The notes under the pieces are model-generated. The model did no database searches. It was not told the origin of the DNA and saw only the letters and a list, made by a program, of their open reading frames with translations. A program made the position numbers and the translations under genes. From Geotalea uraniireducens Rf4 (GTDB lineage Bacteria > Desulfobacterota > Desulfuromonadia > Geobacterales > Geobacteraceae): DNA of 32,000 nucleotides. Location: assembly GCF_000016745.1 (NCBI RefSeq), contig NC_009483.1, forward strand, positions 4,920,001-4,952,000, in the 5' to 3' direction. Shown here piece after piece: positions 19,996 to 27,908 of the stretch (its first letter is position 1; each line of letters begins with the position of its first letter).

Positions 19996-21447
19996 CTACA
20001 ACAGGCAGGAGATGATACTCCGTGCACATGAATTGATGGTCTCTCCAAGATGGAGAAAGAAGCGGACCTGGGTTTCCGATATCCAGTTAAATTCCGGAGG
20101 AAGACCGAGATCTACCCCCTCAGGGAGTTGCAGAATCCGGTGCAGGTGGGTTTCCTGAAAGAAACGTGCCCCCTCCTCGGCCTGATAATTTTGCCGGAGC
20201 ACCGGGAACCGGCCGTCGCCGGAGAACTCGTCGAAGAGGAACGGTTTCGGCAGCTTTTCGTTACCGACATAGTTGCCGGGAGTGAATTGCACCGTGGGGG
20301 CCAATTGGACGATGCTACGGTTCCCCACCTCAGCCTTGGCCTGCATGAGGAAATGCCTTTCGCCCCTGTGGACTTTTGTGAGCAGGCCAATGATGCCGCA
20401 TTCCGGATTGGCGAGGATCGGCTGGCTCCAGACGGGGACTTCCCGTCCGGCAGAGCTGACATTGATGCCGATGACCCGGAAAAAGCGCCCTTCCCTGTGA
20501 GAAAAATAGCCGTTCCCGTCCAGGTTCCACTCCTTCAGGGTGTTCAGCCCCACCCTTTTGGCCAGGATATGGTTGGCCGACCTCTGATCATCGAGCCACT
20601 GGATGGTTTCGGCCAAGCCGGCAGCGGTATCACGGCAAGACGGGTTTGTCCGCCTGCCGGAAACGCCCCGGGAAAGGACTAAAGAGGCCAATATGCTTCG
20701 GGTGCAGGCGTGGATCAGATTGTCGCGACGTATCAGGTTTGATATCTGGCGCAACGTGAGCCAGATGAATTCCCCAGGGAGTTCCCGCAGCTCATGGTCG
20801 GCCAGCTGGATGATCATGTTGCGGTTCGATTTGAAGAGGAAACGGCCCCCGTCTTCGGTCTGGAGTTTGGCGAACAGCACGCGATCCCTGGGGGGGTTGA
20901 GGAAGAATTCCACCAACGGCGGAAGGCTTCCGCCATGGGCTTTGGTGTAGTTGCTGTACGTTGCCTGGACCGTTGGCGAGAGCTGCACCGAATTTATGTT
21001 GCCGGGCTCCTCCTTTGCCTGGAGACAAAAATGGAGCACGCCGTTGATCCTCTTCACGAGGATGCCGAGGATCCCTATTTCCGGTTGGTCTATGATCGGC
21101 TGGTCCCACTTCAGTTCGCCGGCGGCAGTGCGATGTCTCGCCTTTACCCCGGTCACGGTGAAGAACATCCCGGAATCATGGCGGATGTTGCCGGTGCCGG
21201 GCTCTATGCGCCATCGCCTCATCTCCCCCAGGGGAATAGATTCAATGCTCAATCGGGGAGTTGCCAGCCACCCGGCGATCCAATCGTCAACGTATCGGTC
21301 AGAGTAAAGGGCGTACTCCGTGGTGCGGGAAAGGCGGATTTCCCTGGTTGTTTGCTGATCGAACCCCAGAATGTCGATCCGCCGCTCTGGTTCGGGCGAT
21401 TTTCGTTTTGGGGCACTAGGCGCCTGGCGAGCTCTTTTCATGGCCAT
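19996..21447 (-). CDS. NDP-hexose 2,3-dehydratase (two-repeat EvaA/TylX3/SpnO-type)
   Basis: 483 aa. An internal duplication is visible directly. The first copy reads PEIGILGILVKRINGVLHFCLQAKEEPGNINSVQLSPTVQATYSNY. The second reads PECGIIGLLTKVHRGERHFLMQAKAEVGNRSIVQLAPTVQFTPGNY. Confidence 0.85.
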   Translation of the reverse strand: MAMKRARQAPSAPKRKSPEPERRIDILGFDQQTTREIRLSRTTEYALYSDRYVDDWIAGWLATPRLSIESIPLGEMRRWRIEPGTGNIRHDSGMFFTVTGVKARHRTAAGELKWDQPIIDQPEIGILGILVKRINGVLHFCLQAKEEPGNINSVQLSPTVQATYSNYTKAHGGSLPPLVEFFLNPPRDRVLFAKLQTEDGGRFLFKSNRNMIIQLADHELRELPGEFIWLTLRQISNLIRRDNLIHACTRSILASLVLSRGVSGRRTNPSCRDTAAGLAETIQWLDDQRSANHILAKRVGLNTLKEWNLDGNGYFSHREGRFFRVIGINVSSAGREVPVWSQPILANPECGIIGLLTKVHRGERHFLMQAKAEVGNRSIVQLAPTVQFTPGNYVGNEKLPKPFLFDEFSGDGRFPVLRQNYQAEEGARFFQETHLHRILQLPEGVDLGLPPEFNWISETQVRFFLHLGETINSCARSIISCLL

Positions 21448-22417
21448 TGTTGTCAGGTTCCTTATGTATGCAGGCGAACTGTAGTTTCCTCTGGGAGGAG
21501 AACTTTTCCCTGACCACGAACTGCGGGTCGCTGTTCAGTGACAGGTATATCCTCCCCACGTATTCTCCGACAACGCTGACGGCGAGAAATTGAAAGCCGC
21601 GGAAAAAGGTGGTAATCGCCGTCAGCGTCTCGTATTCGCTCGGGTCCTGCAATTGGGGGAGAAGATAAGAGATGTAGGTGGAAATGCCCACATAGCACCC
21701 CACAATGGTCATGGCGAGCCCGATGACCCCCAGTATCCTGAGGGGAATAAGGGAGTAGCTGACCACCATGTTTCCCCAGAGCGAAATGAGCTTCCCCAGC
21801 GTGTAGCCGGAGTTGCCGTGTTTTCTTTTTTCGTGTCGCACCCCAACCCTGCCGATGTTGGCCGTGGAGCGCAAAATTATGGCGTCGATGTAAGGGTCGG
21901 GACCGGTGTATTTGATGACCTCGTTCACAAGAAACCGGTTCATGACCTTGAAGCTCGACAGGTATAGGTTTGCCGGTTTCTGAAGAACGATGTTCGCCAT
22001 CTTGTCGTTGAACCGGCTGCCGAGATTGCGGAAAAAGCTGTCCCGTTTGGCGTAATAGTGGGTATAGACCACGTCGAACCCCTTTTCGATTTCATCCACG
22101 AGGCGGCCGACCTCCTCGGGCGGGTTCTGGAAGTCGTCGTCCATGATGACGCAAAGGTCGCCGGTGGCATGGTTGAGACCAGCCATGACCGCACTGTGTT
22201 CACCGAAGTTGCGGGCCAGCCTGATATAGCTGATGCTGCCGCGATGCGTTTCGTGGAGTCTCCGACAGATCAGGTGGGTGCTGTCCTGGCTGTTGTCGTT
22301 GACGAGAACTATTTCAAATATGAATCTCTTGCCATAGAGATTGATCAGGGTGTTGCACAGCGACTCAATGGTTTTTTCCGCATTGTAAACAGGGATGACA
22401 ATTGAGAGTCTGGTCAT
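21416..22417 (-). CDS. GT2 polyprenyl-phosphate glycosyltransferase (ArnC/GtrB/DPM1-like)
   Basis: The ORF track gives 21416..22492. I prefer the ATG at 22417, which has GAAGGAG upstream. The N-terminus is LSIVIPVYNAE and the Asp motif is VIMDDDFQNPP. Two C-terminal TM helices and the VGEYVGRIY motif are typical of lipid-carrier-charging GT2 enzymes. The 3' end overlaps the dehydratase start by 32 nt. Confidence 0.85.
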   Translation of the reverse strand: MTRLSIVIPVYNAEKTIESLCNTLINLYGKRFIFEIVLVNDNSQDSTHLICRRLHETHRGSISYIRLARNFGEHSAVMAGLNHATGDLCVIMDDDFQNPPEEVGRLVDEIEKGFDVVYTHYYAKRDSFFRNLGSRFNDKMANIVLQKPANLYLSSFKVMNRFLVNEVIKYTGPDPYIDAIILRSTANIGRVGVRHEKRKHGNSGYTLGKLISLWGNMVVSYSLIPLRILGVIGLAMTIVGCYVGISTYISYLLPQLQDPSEYETLTAITTFFRGFQFLAVSVVGEYVGRIYLSLNSDPQFVVREKFSSQRKLQFACIHKEPDNNGHEKSSPGA

Positions 22418-22611
22418 GACAGCTCCTTCAAAAGAATATCCTGTTACCGCACCGGAACAATCCTGCATCCTTGCAGGCCGGCAGCCGCACATATTTGATT
22501 GTACGTTTCGGAGAGGGCCCGACAGGCATCAGGCCTGCATCCGGACATGCAAGTCGGGACGAAACAAAACCGATTCTTCGAATATGGGTTAATCTAATAA
22601 GCGGGAATTGA

Positions 22612-22926
22612 TCAGGAAATGGAAGGAGGCGCTCGCGAAAATCTGGTCGGAGTGAAATGAAATGAAGGAAGGATCGAGGTTTTTGTGAAGATAGAAGTCC
22701 CATCCGTGTTCAATAACTGCACGTCCACATGCAAAACAACGGCGGATGCTGCTGTACCTACCTTCTTGTTGGATTCATAGCAGGGCTTGATCTGGTTCTT
22801 GACGATGGCGCGGGGGCGGGGCTTGGGTTTTGACGAGGAGGAAGAAAGCCCCATAAGACTTGGCAGCCTCATTCCTAACGTGACAAGTCCTAAGGTGAGA
22901 AACACCAGGATCAATGAAACATACAT
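22612..22926 (-). CDS. Hypothetical small signal-anchored protein (doubtful)
   Basis: ATG at 22926 (the track uses the TTG at 22950). There is one hydrophobic N-terminal segment, YVSLILVFLTLGLVTLG, followed by a Ser/Pro/Lys linker. I found no convincing RBS and no family resemblance. Confidence 0.25.
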   Translation of the reverse strand: MYVSLILVFLTLGLVTLGMRLPSLMGLSSSSSKPKPRPRAIVKNQIKPCYESNKKVGTAASAVVLHVDVQLLNTDGTSIFTKTSILPSFHFTPTRFSRAPPSIS

Positions 22927-23552
22927 TTTTCGGACAAAAGAGTTATGCAACAGAACACCATAAGGAGTTTATGTGAAAATGAAGCCTACATTATAGTTTA
23001 TACAGAATTCCAACAATTGACGCAAGGTTTTATCCGTGCGGCAGCGGTCCTTAGATTGGCCTAACATCGACAACCGGGAATAAGCCGGGCGTCATCCTTG
23101 CGGCGCAACAATCTCTTTCCATTTCCATTACTTAACAACAGTTATCATTTAATGGTCTTTTTCATCAGAGCCGTGTCAAATAAATCTGCCGCTTTATTTG
23201 GCAGCCTGCTATATGCATCTGATTTATTGCACCTTTTCACTGTCTTCAACACATTATCCACAACACTTTACACAAGGTCTGTGGAACGCCGCCGACAAAG
23301 GTCTCATTCAATCCAAAGCCATTTCTCCAAATCGGCAATGTCAGACACGAAATGCGTCCATACGGGTCATTGCACCCAGCGACATAATTGTTGATGCCCT
23401 CTCAAAAATAGTTTAGGCCGCTTGAGACATAATGCGGTCGATTCGTCAGTTGACAGGACACCTCAGCAACAAATTACGTTCATTTAATGCACTCCCAAAA
23501 GGGATAGTATCAATCCTTAAGGCTGGAGCGATTCGAAGTTAAATGTAGGCGG

Positions 23553-23590
23553 CGAAGAAAAAGGGGTTACGGCATAAGCCGTAACCCCTT
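23553..23590 (-). terminator. Rho-independent terminator downstream of tRNA-Pro
   Basis: A 13-bp stem (aaggggttacggc / gccgtaacccctt) with a 4-nt loop at 23561-23590. On the minus strand it is followed by TTTTTCTT. It starts 7 nt after the tRNA 3' end. Confidence 0.8.
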
Positions 23591-23596
23591 GAATTC

Positions 23597-23673
23597 TGGT
23601 CGGGATGACTGGATTCGAACCAGCGGCCCCCTGCTCCCGAAGCAGGTGCGCTACCAGGCTGCGCTACATCCCG
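23597..23673 (-). tRNA. tRNA-Pro (anticodon CGG)
   Basis: The reverse complement is CGGGATG-TA-GCGC-AGCCTGGTA-GCGC-A-CCTGC-TTCGGGA-GCAGG-GGGCC-GCTGG-TTCGAAT-CCAGT-CATCCCG-A-CCA. This folds into a full cloverleaf of 77 nt with an encoded CCA and the anticodon CGG in a 7-nt loop. Confidence 0.95.
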
Positions 23674-23737
23674 ACATTGGGTTTTATAGCTGTTTGCCGT
23701 TCTTTTGTCAACAGTTTCGGCTGGTAAAAATCAAGAA

Positions 23738-23756
23738 AAACATTGTCATAATGTTT
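23738..23756. promoter_or_regulatory. Perfect 7-5-7 palindrome upstream of the menaquinone operon (candidate operator)
   Basis: AAACATT-GTCAT-AATGTTT lies about 57 nt upstream of the ATG at 23813 and overlaps TTGTCA and CATAAT-like hexamers. No regulator is identified. Confidence 0.3.
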
Positions 23757-23812
23757 CCGAAGTGCTAAAAATTAGCAGTTAATCCTGTTATTAATACTGT
23801 TGGCGAGATTTC

Positions 23813-25204
23813 ATGGCCTACCGCTGTCTGCACGAATTCCTGGCAAGGTTGGAAGAGATGGGAGAGCTGCACCGGGTAACGGTGGAGGTGGACCCGGTCC
23901 TGGAGATAGCGGAAATCACCGATCGCATGTGCAAGTCTGCGCATGGCGGCAAGGCGCTTTTGTTTGAGCGGGTCAAGGGAAGCGCCTTCCCGGTGGCAAC
24001 CAACCTGTTCGGCTCTTACCGCCGTGTCTGTGAAGCCTTGGACATCAGTGAACTCGGCCAGCTCAGCCGGCTCATGGAGGAACTGCTTCCCCTTCAGCCT
24101 GCATCATCCGGGCAAACGATTGATGACCTCCACAGTCCGGCGTTGTCCCGTTTCACCCCACTGCTCGCAAATAACGGAGACTGTCAGGCAGTAGCAGATT
24201 ATAGCCCTGATCTTCGTAAATACCCTTTGTTGAAGAGCTGGCCCGGGGATGCGGGGCGTTTTATCACTCTCCCCCTCGTTTTCACCCGCGATCCGGAAAC
24301 AGGCACGCAGAACTGCGGCATGTACCGCGTCAGGGTTTTCGACGAAAACAGTGCCGGCATGCACTGGAATCCAGGGAGCGGGGGTGCAGGGCATTACGGG
24401 AAATACCAGTCGCGCGGGGAGCGAATGCCGATCGCCATCGCAGTGGGTGGCGACCCGGCGCTGATTTGGTCCGCTTCCCTGCCGCTGCCGGGGGCAGTTG
24501 ACGAAATGGCGTTTGCCGGTTACATCCGCAACGAGCCGGTCAGCATGGTTCGCTGCCTGACCAGCAGGATCATGGTACCCGCCAATACGGAGATGGTGAT
24601 CGAAGGCTACCTGGACCCGGGCGAGGTGCGGGATGAAGGTGAATTCGGCAATCACACCGGTTATTACACGACGGCGGGAAACGTGCCGGTCGTCCATGTT
24701 ACGTGCATAACACACCGCAACGGGATGATCTATCCGGCAACCGTTGTCGGTCCTCCCCCCATGGAGGACTGCTATCTGGCCAAGGCAACCGAACGGCTGC
24801 TGCTCCCTCTCAGCAGGCGGCAAGTTCCCGCCATTGTCGACATCAACCTCCCCATGGAGGGAATCTTTCACGGTTGTGCCGTTGTTGCCATACAGAAGGA
24901 GCACGCCGGACAGGCCCGTCAGGTCGTTCAGGAGTTGTGGCGCACGGGCTGGCTGCGCAAGGCCAAACTGCTCGTTGTTGTGGATGCGGATGTGCCGGTG
25001 AACGACCTCTCCCTGGTGGGATGGAAGGTAGTAAACAACGCGGAGTGGCCCCGGGATCTGATCATTGCCGACGGCAGGATGGGACTGGACGCCACGGGCA
25101 AACTGGCGGAGGAAACGGACGGTATCCGGCGCCAGGAAATCCGCAAGGATGAAGTTATCAGCAAGCTGGTTGAGAGGAAATGGCGGGAATATGGGTGCGC
25201 ATGA
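23813..25204 (+). CDS. UbiD-family decarboxylase (menaquinone/futalosine-pathway type, MqnL-like)
   Basis: 463 aa with the UbiD-like N-terminus LHEFLARLEEMGELHRVTVEVDPVLEIAEITDR. It sits directly next to UbiA-like, UbiX and mqnE/mqnC genes. Confidence 0.88.
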   Translation: MAYRCLHEFLARLEEMGELHRVTVEVDPVLEIAEITDRMCKSAHGGKALLFERVKGSAFPVATNLFGSYRRVCEALDISELGQLSRLMEELLPLQPASSGQTIDDLHSPALSRFTPLLANNGDCQAVADYSPDLRKYPLLKSWPGDAGRFITLPLVFTRDPETGTQNCGMYRVRVFDENSAGMHWNPGSGGAGHYGKYQSRGERMPIAIAVGGDPALIWSASLPLPGAVDEMAFAGYIRNEPVSMVRCLTSRIMVPANTEMVIEGYLDPGEVRDEGEFGNHTGYYTTAGNVPVVHVTCITHRNGMIYPATVVGPPPMEDCYLAKATERLLLPLSRRQVPAIVDINLPMEGIFHGCAVVAIQKEHAGQARQVVQELWRTGWLRKAKLLVVVDADVPVNDLSLVGWKVVNNAEWPRDLIIADGRMGLDATGKLAEETDGIRRQEIRKDEVISKLVERKWREYGCA

Positions 25205-25229
25205 ATTGGGACGGGTCAGAGAGCCGCAG

Positions 25230-26102
25230 ATGAACCTGTTCGACAAAATCAAGGTATTCCTGGAGATGATCAAGTTCTCCCATACCATCTTCGCTCTCCC
25301 CTTTGCTTTTACCGGCGCATTGCTGGCCGCGCGCGGCCTGCCGACTGCCTACCAGACGCTCTGGATACTTATGGCCATGGTCGGTGCCCGCACCGCAGCC
25401 ATGAGTCTGAACCGAATGATAGACGCGGAGATCGACGGGCAGAATCCGCGAACCAGCGGGCGTGCCCTGCCGGCCGGCTTGCTCAGCAAGGGGATGGTGG
25501 CCGTTTTCATTGCCCTATCCCTCACTCTCATGCTCTTTGCCGCCCGGATGCTCAACCCTTTGTGCCTCTATCTTTCGCCGGTGGCGCTCTTTTTTCTCGT
25601 GCTCTATTCCTATTGCAAGCGCTTTACCGCTCTGGCCCATGTGGTGCTCGGGCTTTGCCTGGCTGCCGCGCCGCTCGGCGCCTGGATCGCCATTACCGGT
25701 ACGATTGAACTCCCTGCCGTGCTCCTGGCGTTGGCGGTTCTTCTCTGGGTGGCCGGATTCGACATCCTTTACGCACTACAGGATCTGGAATTCGACCGGA
25801 CCAGCGGACTCCACTCCATCCCGGTACGGCTCGGCATCTCCGGCTCACTCTGGACCGCGCGCATCTTCCACCTGCTGATGATCGCTCTTTTGACCGGCCT
25901 CTTCTTTCTACTGCACCTCGGTCCGTACTTCTTTGTCGGCCTGACCATTACCGTCATCTTGACTGCCTACGAACACTGGCTGCTCCGTGACGGCGACCTG
26001 ACCAGGCTCGACGCCGCGTTCTTCAACATGAACGGCTATATCAGCGTCACCGTTCTGGTCTTTACCCTGCTCGACATCCTGTTTTACCGGGGGGGGGCAT
26101 GA
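25230..26102 (+). CDS. UbiA-family aromatic prenyltransferase (MqnP-like)
   Basis: The ORF track gives 25065..26102. Plausible starts are the ATG at 25230 (MNLFDKIKVFLEMIKFSHTIFALPFAF) or the ATG at 25191, which overlaps the UbiD stop. It is a polytopic membrane protein with Asp-rich motifs NRMIDAEID and YALQDLEFD. Confidence 0.85.
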   Translation: MNLFDKIKVFLEMIKFSHTIFALPFAFTGALLAARGLPTAYQTLWILMAMVGARTAAMSLNRMIDAEIDGQNPRTSGRALPAGLLSKGMVAVFIALSLTLMLFAARMLNPLCLYLSPVALFFLVLYSYCKRFTALAHVVLGLCLAAAPLGAWIAITGTIELPAVLLALAVLLWVAGFDILYALQDLEFDRTSGLHSIPVRLGISGSLWTARIFHLLMIALLTGLFFLLHLGPYFFVGLTITVILTAYEHWLLRDGDLTRLDAAFFNMNGYISVTVLVFTLLDILFYRGGA

Positions 26103-26713
26103 ACAGCCGTCATTTTACTCTCGCCATTACCGGCGCGTCAGGGGCGGTCTACGGCCTGCGCCTCGCTCAAGAGCTACTTCGCAGCAGGGTACGACTCAAC
26201 CTGCTCATCAGCAAGGCAGGTTTTGCCGTGCTTAAAGAAGAATGCGGCCTGGATTGGCAAGGAAGCGCGGAAGAGGTTCAGCGCCGACTGTGCGGCTATT
26301 TCCAGGCAAGCGAAACAGGGCTCCGTTATTATGCCGGGGATGACCTGTCTGCACCCATAGCGAGCGGCTCTGCAACGGCTCATGCCATGATTGTCGCCCC
26401 CTGCAGCATGGGAACCCTCTCCCGCATTGCCTGCGGCAATTCAGGGAATCTGATCGAGCGCTGCGCCGACGTCATGCTCAAGGAGCGGCGGACACTTATT
26501 GTCATCCCGCGCGAGACGCCACTGCACGAAGTGCACATGGAGAACATGCTCAGGCTGTCCCGCCTGGGAGTATTCATGGTCCCGGCCATGCCGGCCTTTT
26601 ACCACAAGCCGGGATCGGTTGACGATATGGTAAACTTTATCGTCGGCAAGGTGTTGGACCTGTTGGGCATGGAGCACCAGCTTTTCAAACGATGGGGTAA
26701 CAACGGTGAATAG
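26099..26713 (+). CDS. ubiX: UbiX-family flavin prenyltransferase
   Basis: ATGA overlap with the preceding gene. It has the motifs LAITGASGAVYGLRL and MIVAPCSMGTLSRIA. Confidence 0.92.
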   Translation: MNSRHFTLAITGASGAVYGLRLAQELLRSRVRLNLLISKAGFAVLKEECGLDWQGSAEEVQRRLCGYFQASETGLRYYAGDDLSAPIASGSATAHAMIVAPCSMGTLSRIACGNSGNLIERCADVMLKERRTLIVIPRETPLHEVHMENMLRLSRLGVFMVPAMPAFYHKPGSVDDMVNFIVGKVLDLLGMEHQLFKRWGNNGE

Positions 26714-26759
26714 TGAATAGTGAGCGGTTAAGACCTGGATCTTTTGAGAATGAGGCGTA

Positions 26760-27842
26760 ATGATTTCCCTTGCATCGATAACAGAAAAAGTCCGCGCCGG
26801 TGAGCGCATCAGCGACGACGAAGCCCTGTTCCTGTTCAACTCGAACGATCTTCTCGCCATCGGCGAACTGGCGGCCCTTGCCAATGAAGCGAAAAACGGC
26901 AGTCGGGTCTTCTTCAATGTCAACCGCCACATCAACCATACAAACATCTGCGTCAACCGCTGCAAGTTCTGCGCATTTTCACGCACTGCGGACGAGCCGG
27001 GCGCCTACCTCCTCGACCTGCAGGAGATCGGCAACCGGGCAACCGAGGCCCTGCACCAGGGAGCGACCGAGATCCACATCGTCGGCGGTCTCCATCCCGA
27101 TCTCCCCTTCGAGTTCTACCTGGAGATGCTGCGAACGATCAAGGCGGTCTCGCCGACCCTCCATATCAAGGCATTTACCGCCGTGGAGATCGATTATCTG
27201 TCGCAGATTTCCGCTCTTTCCATTGCCGAAACACTCGCCGAGTTGAAGGGTGCGGGGCTTGGCTCGCTGCCGGGAGGGGGAGCGGAGATATTCAGTGAAA
27301 AGATCCGCGACGAACTCTGCCCGGAAAAGATTTCCGGCCGGAAGTGGCTCGCTATCATGGAGGAGGTCCACGAGGCCGGGCTCAAGTCCAACGCCACCAT
27401 GCTCTACGGCCATCTGGAGAGCTTTGCAGACCGGGTGGACCACATGCGGCAGCTGCGGGAATTACAGGATCGGACCGGCGGCTTTCAGGTATTCATCCCC
27501 CTCGCCTTCCAGCCGGAGAATACGCCGCTCAAGCTGGATAAAAAGGCCGGCACCAGCGGCGTCGACGACCTGAAGACCCTGGCCGTAGCCCGGATCTATC
27601 TGGATAACTTCGCCAACATCAAGGCCTACTGGGTGATGCTCGGCGAAAAGATCGCCCAGGTTTCCCTGGCGTTCGGCGTCAACGACCTGGACGGCACGGT
27701 GGTGGAGGAAAAGATCGGCCACGACGCGGGAGCGGCATCGCCGCAAACCATGAGCAGGGACGATATCGTCGCCTTGATACGAAAGGCTGGGAGAACGCCG
27801 GTGGAGCGGGATACGCTTTACAATGAGCTGCACACTTACTGA
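26760..27842 (+). CDS. mqnE: Radical SAM aminofutalosine synthase
   Basis: The radical SAM motif is CVNRCKFCAF. The preceding FFNVNRHINHTNIC block matches my recollection of MqnE rather than MqnC. The assignment between the two paralogs is by memory of family signatures and was not computed. Confidence 0.7.
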   Translation: MISLASITEKVRAGERISDDEALFLFNSNDLLAIGELAALANEAKNGSRVFFNVNRHINHTNICVNRCKFCAFSRTADEPGAYLLDLQEIGNRATEALHQGATEIHIVGGLHPDLPFEFYLEMLRTIKAVSPTLHIKAFTAVEIDYLSQISALSIAETLAELKGAGLGSLPGGGAEIFSEKIRDELCPEKISGRKWLAIMEEVHEAGLKSNATMLYGHLESFADRVDHMRQLRELQDRTGGFQVFIPLAFQPENTPLKLDKKAGTSGVDDLKTLAVARIYLDNFANIKAYWVMLGEKIAQVSLAFGVNDLDGTVVEEKIGHDAGAASPQTMSRDDIVALIRKAGRTPVERDTLYNELHTY

Positions 27843-27908
27843 TCCCTCTGGTTACCGCCGGGAGGCATAACTCGATTTTCCTTTGTCTCTTGGCGCATTA
27901 GTGGTTAA

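Noticed and set aside
17953-21513. Plus-strand ORFs of 295 aa (17953..18840), 137-150 aa (18129..18542, 19268..19720), 210 aa (20050..20682) and 239 aa (20794..21513) across the sugar operon.
   Set aside because: They are antisense shadows of the clearly coding minus-strand genes. They have low-complexity R/P/G-rich translations and no RBS-supported starts.
17015-22417. The idea that the sugar operon is a recent horizontal acquisition because it looks GC-rich relative to the atp operon.
   Set aside because: The lines I hand-counted in the menaquinone genes are just as GC-rich (~73%) as the sugar operon (~68%). The atp genes (~53%) are the outlier. Composition alone therefore does not single out this operon. 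It needs proper k-mer, codon and synteny analysis.
23098-23416. Two overlapping plus-strand ORFs (98 and 72 aa) in the low-GC region.
   Set aside because: The 98-aa ORF starts at a TTG, and I found no RBS-supported ATG start for either. Both have odd composition and no family resemblance. They are more likely chance ORFs in AT-rich DNA.
23523-23537. CTGGAgcgaTTCGAA resembles the tRNA-Pro T-arm segment CTGGATTCGAA (23609-23619), which could be an att-site remnant.
   Set aside because: Only 11 matching nt interrupted by a 4-nt insertion, located about 60 nt from the tRNA itself. This is well within chance expectation.
23539-23549. The 11-mer TTAAATGTAGG is shared with the left edge of the REP-like element (5663-5673).
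   Set aside because: By a rough estimate, hundreds of 11-mer coincidences are expected by chance between positions in a 32-kb window counting both strands. The similarity also does not extend across the palindrome.
24104-25288. A 394-aa ORF antisense to the UbiD-like gene. It is the longest of several long antisense ORFs, including 2102..2677, 5709..6239, 15225..15941 and 16141..16950.
   Set aside because: Each lies fully inside, and opposite to, a gene with unmistakable family signatures. Their translations are Arg/Gly/Pro-rich with no recognisable motifs. This is the expected by-product of GC-rich third codon positions on the sense strand.
26706-26724. Tandem GTGAATA-GTGAATA-GTGAG at the ubiX stop.
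   Set aside because: It is only 2.7 copies of a 7-mer. It supplies stop codons but there is no evidence of function.
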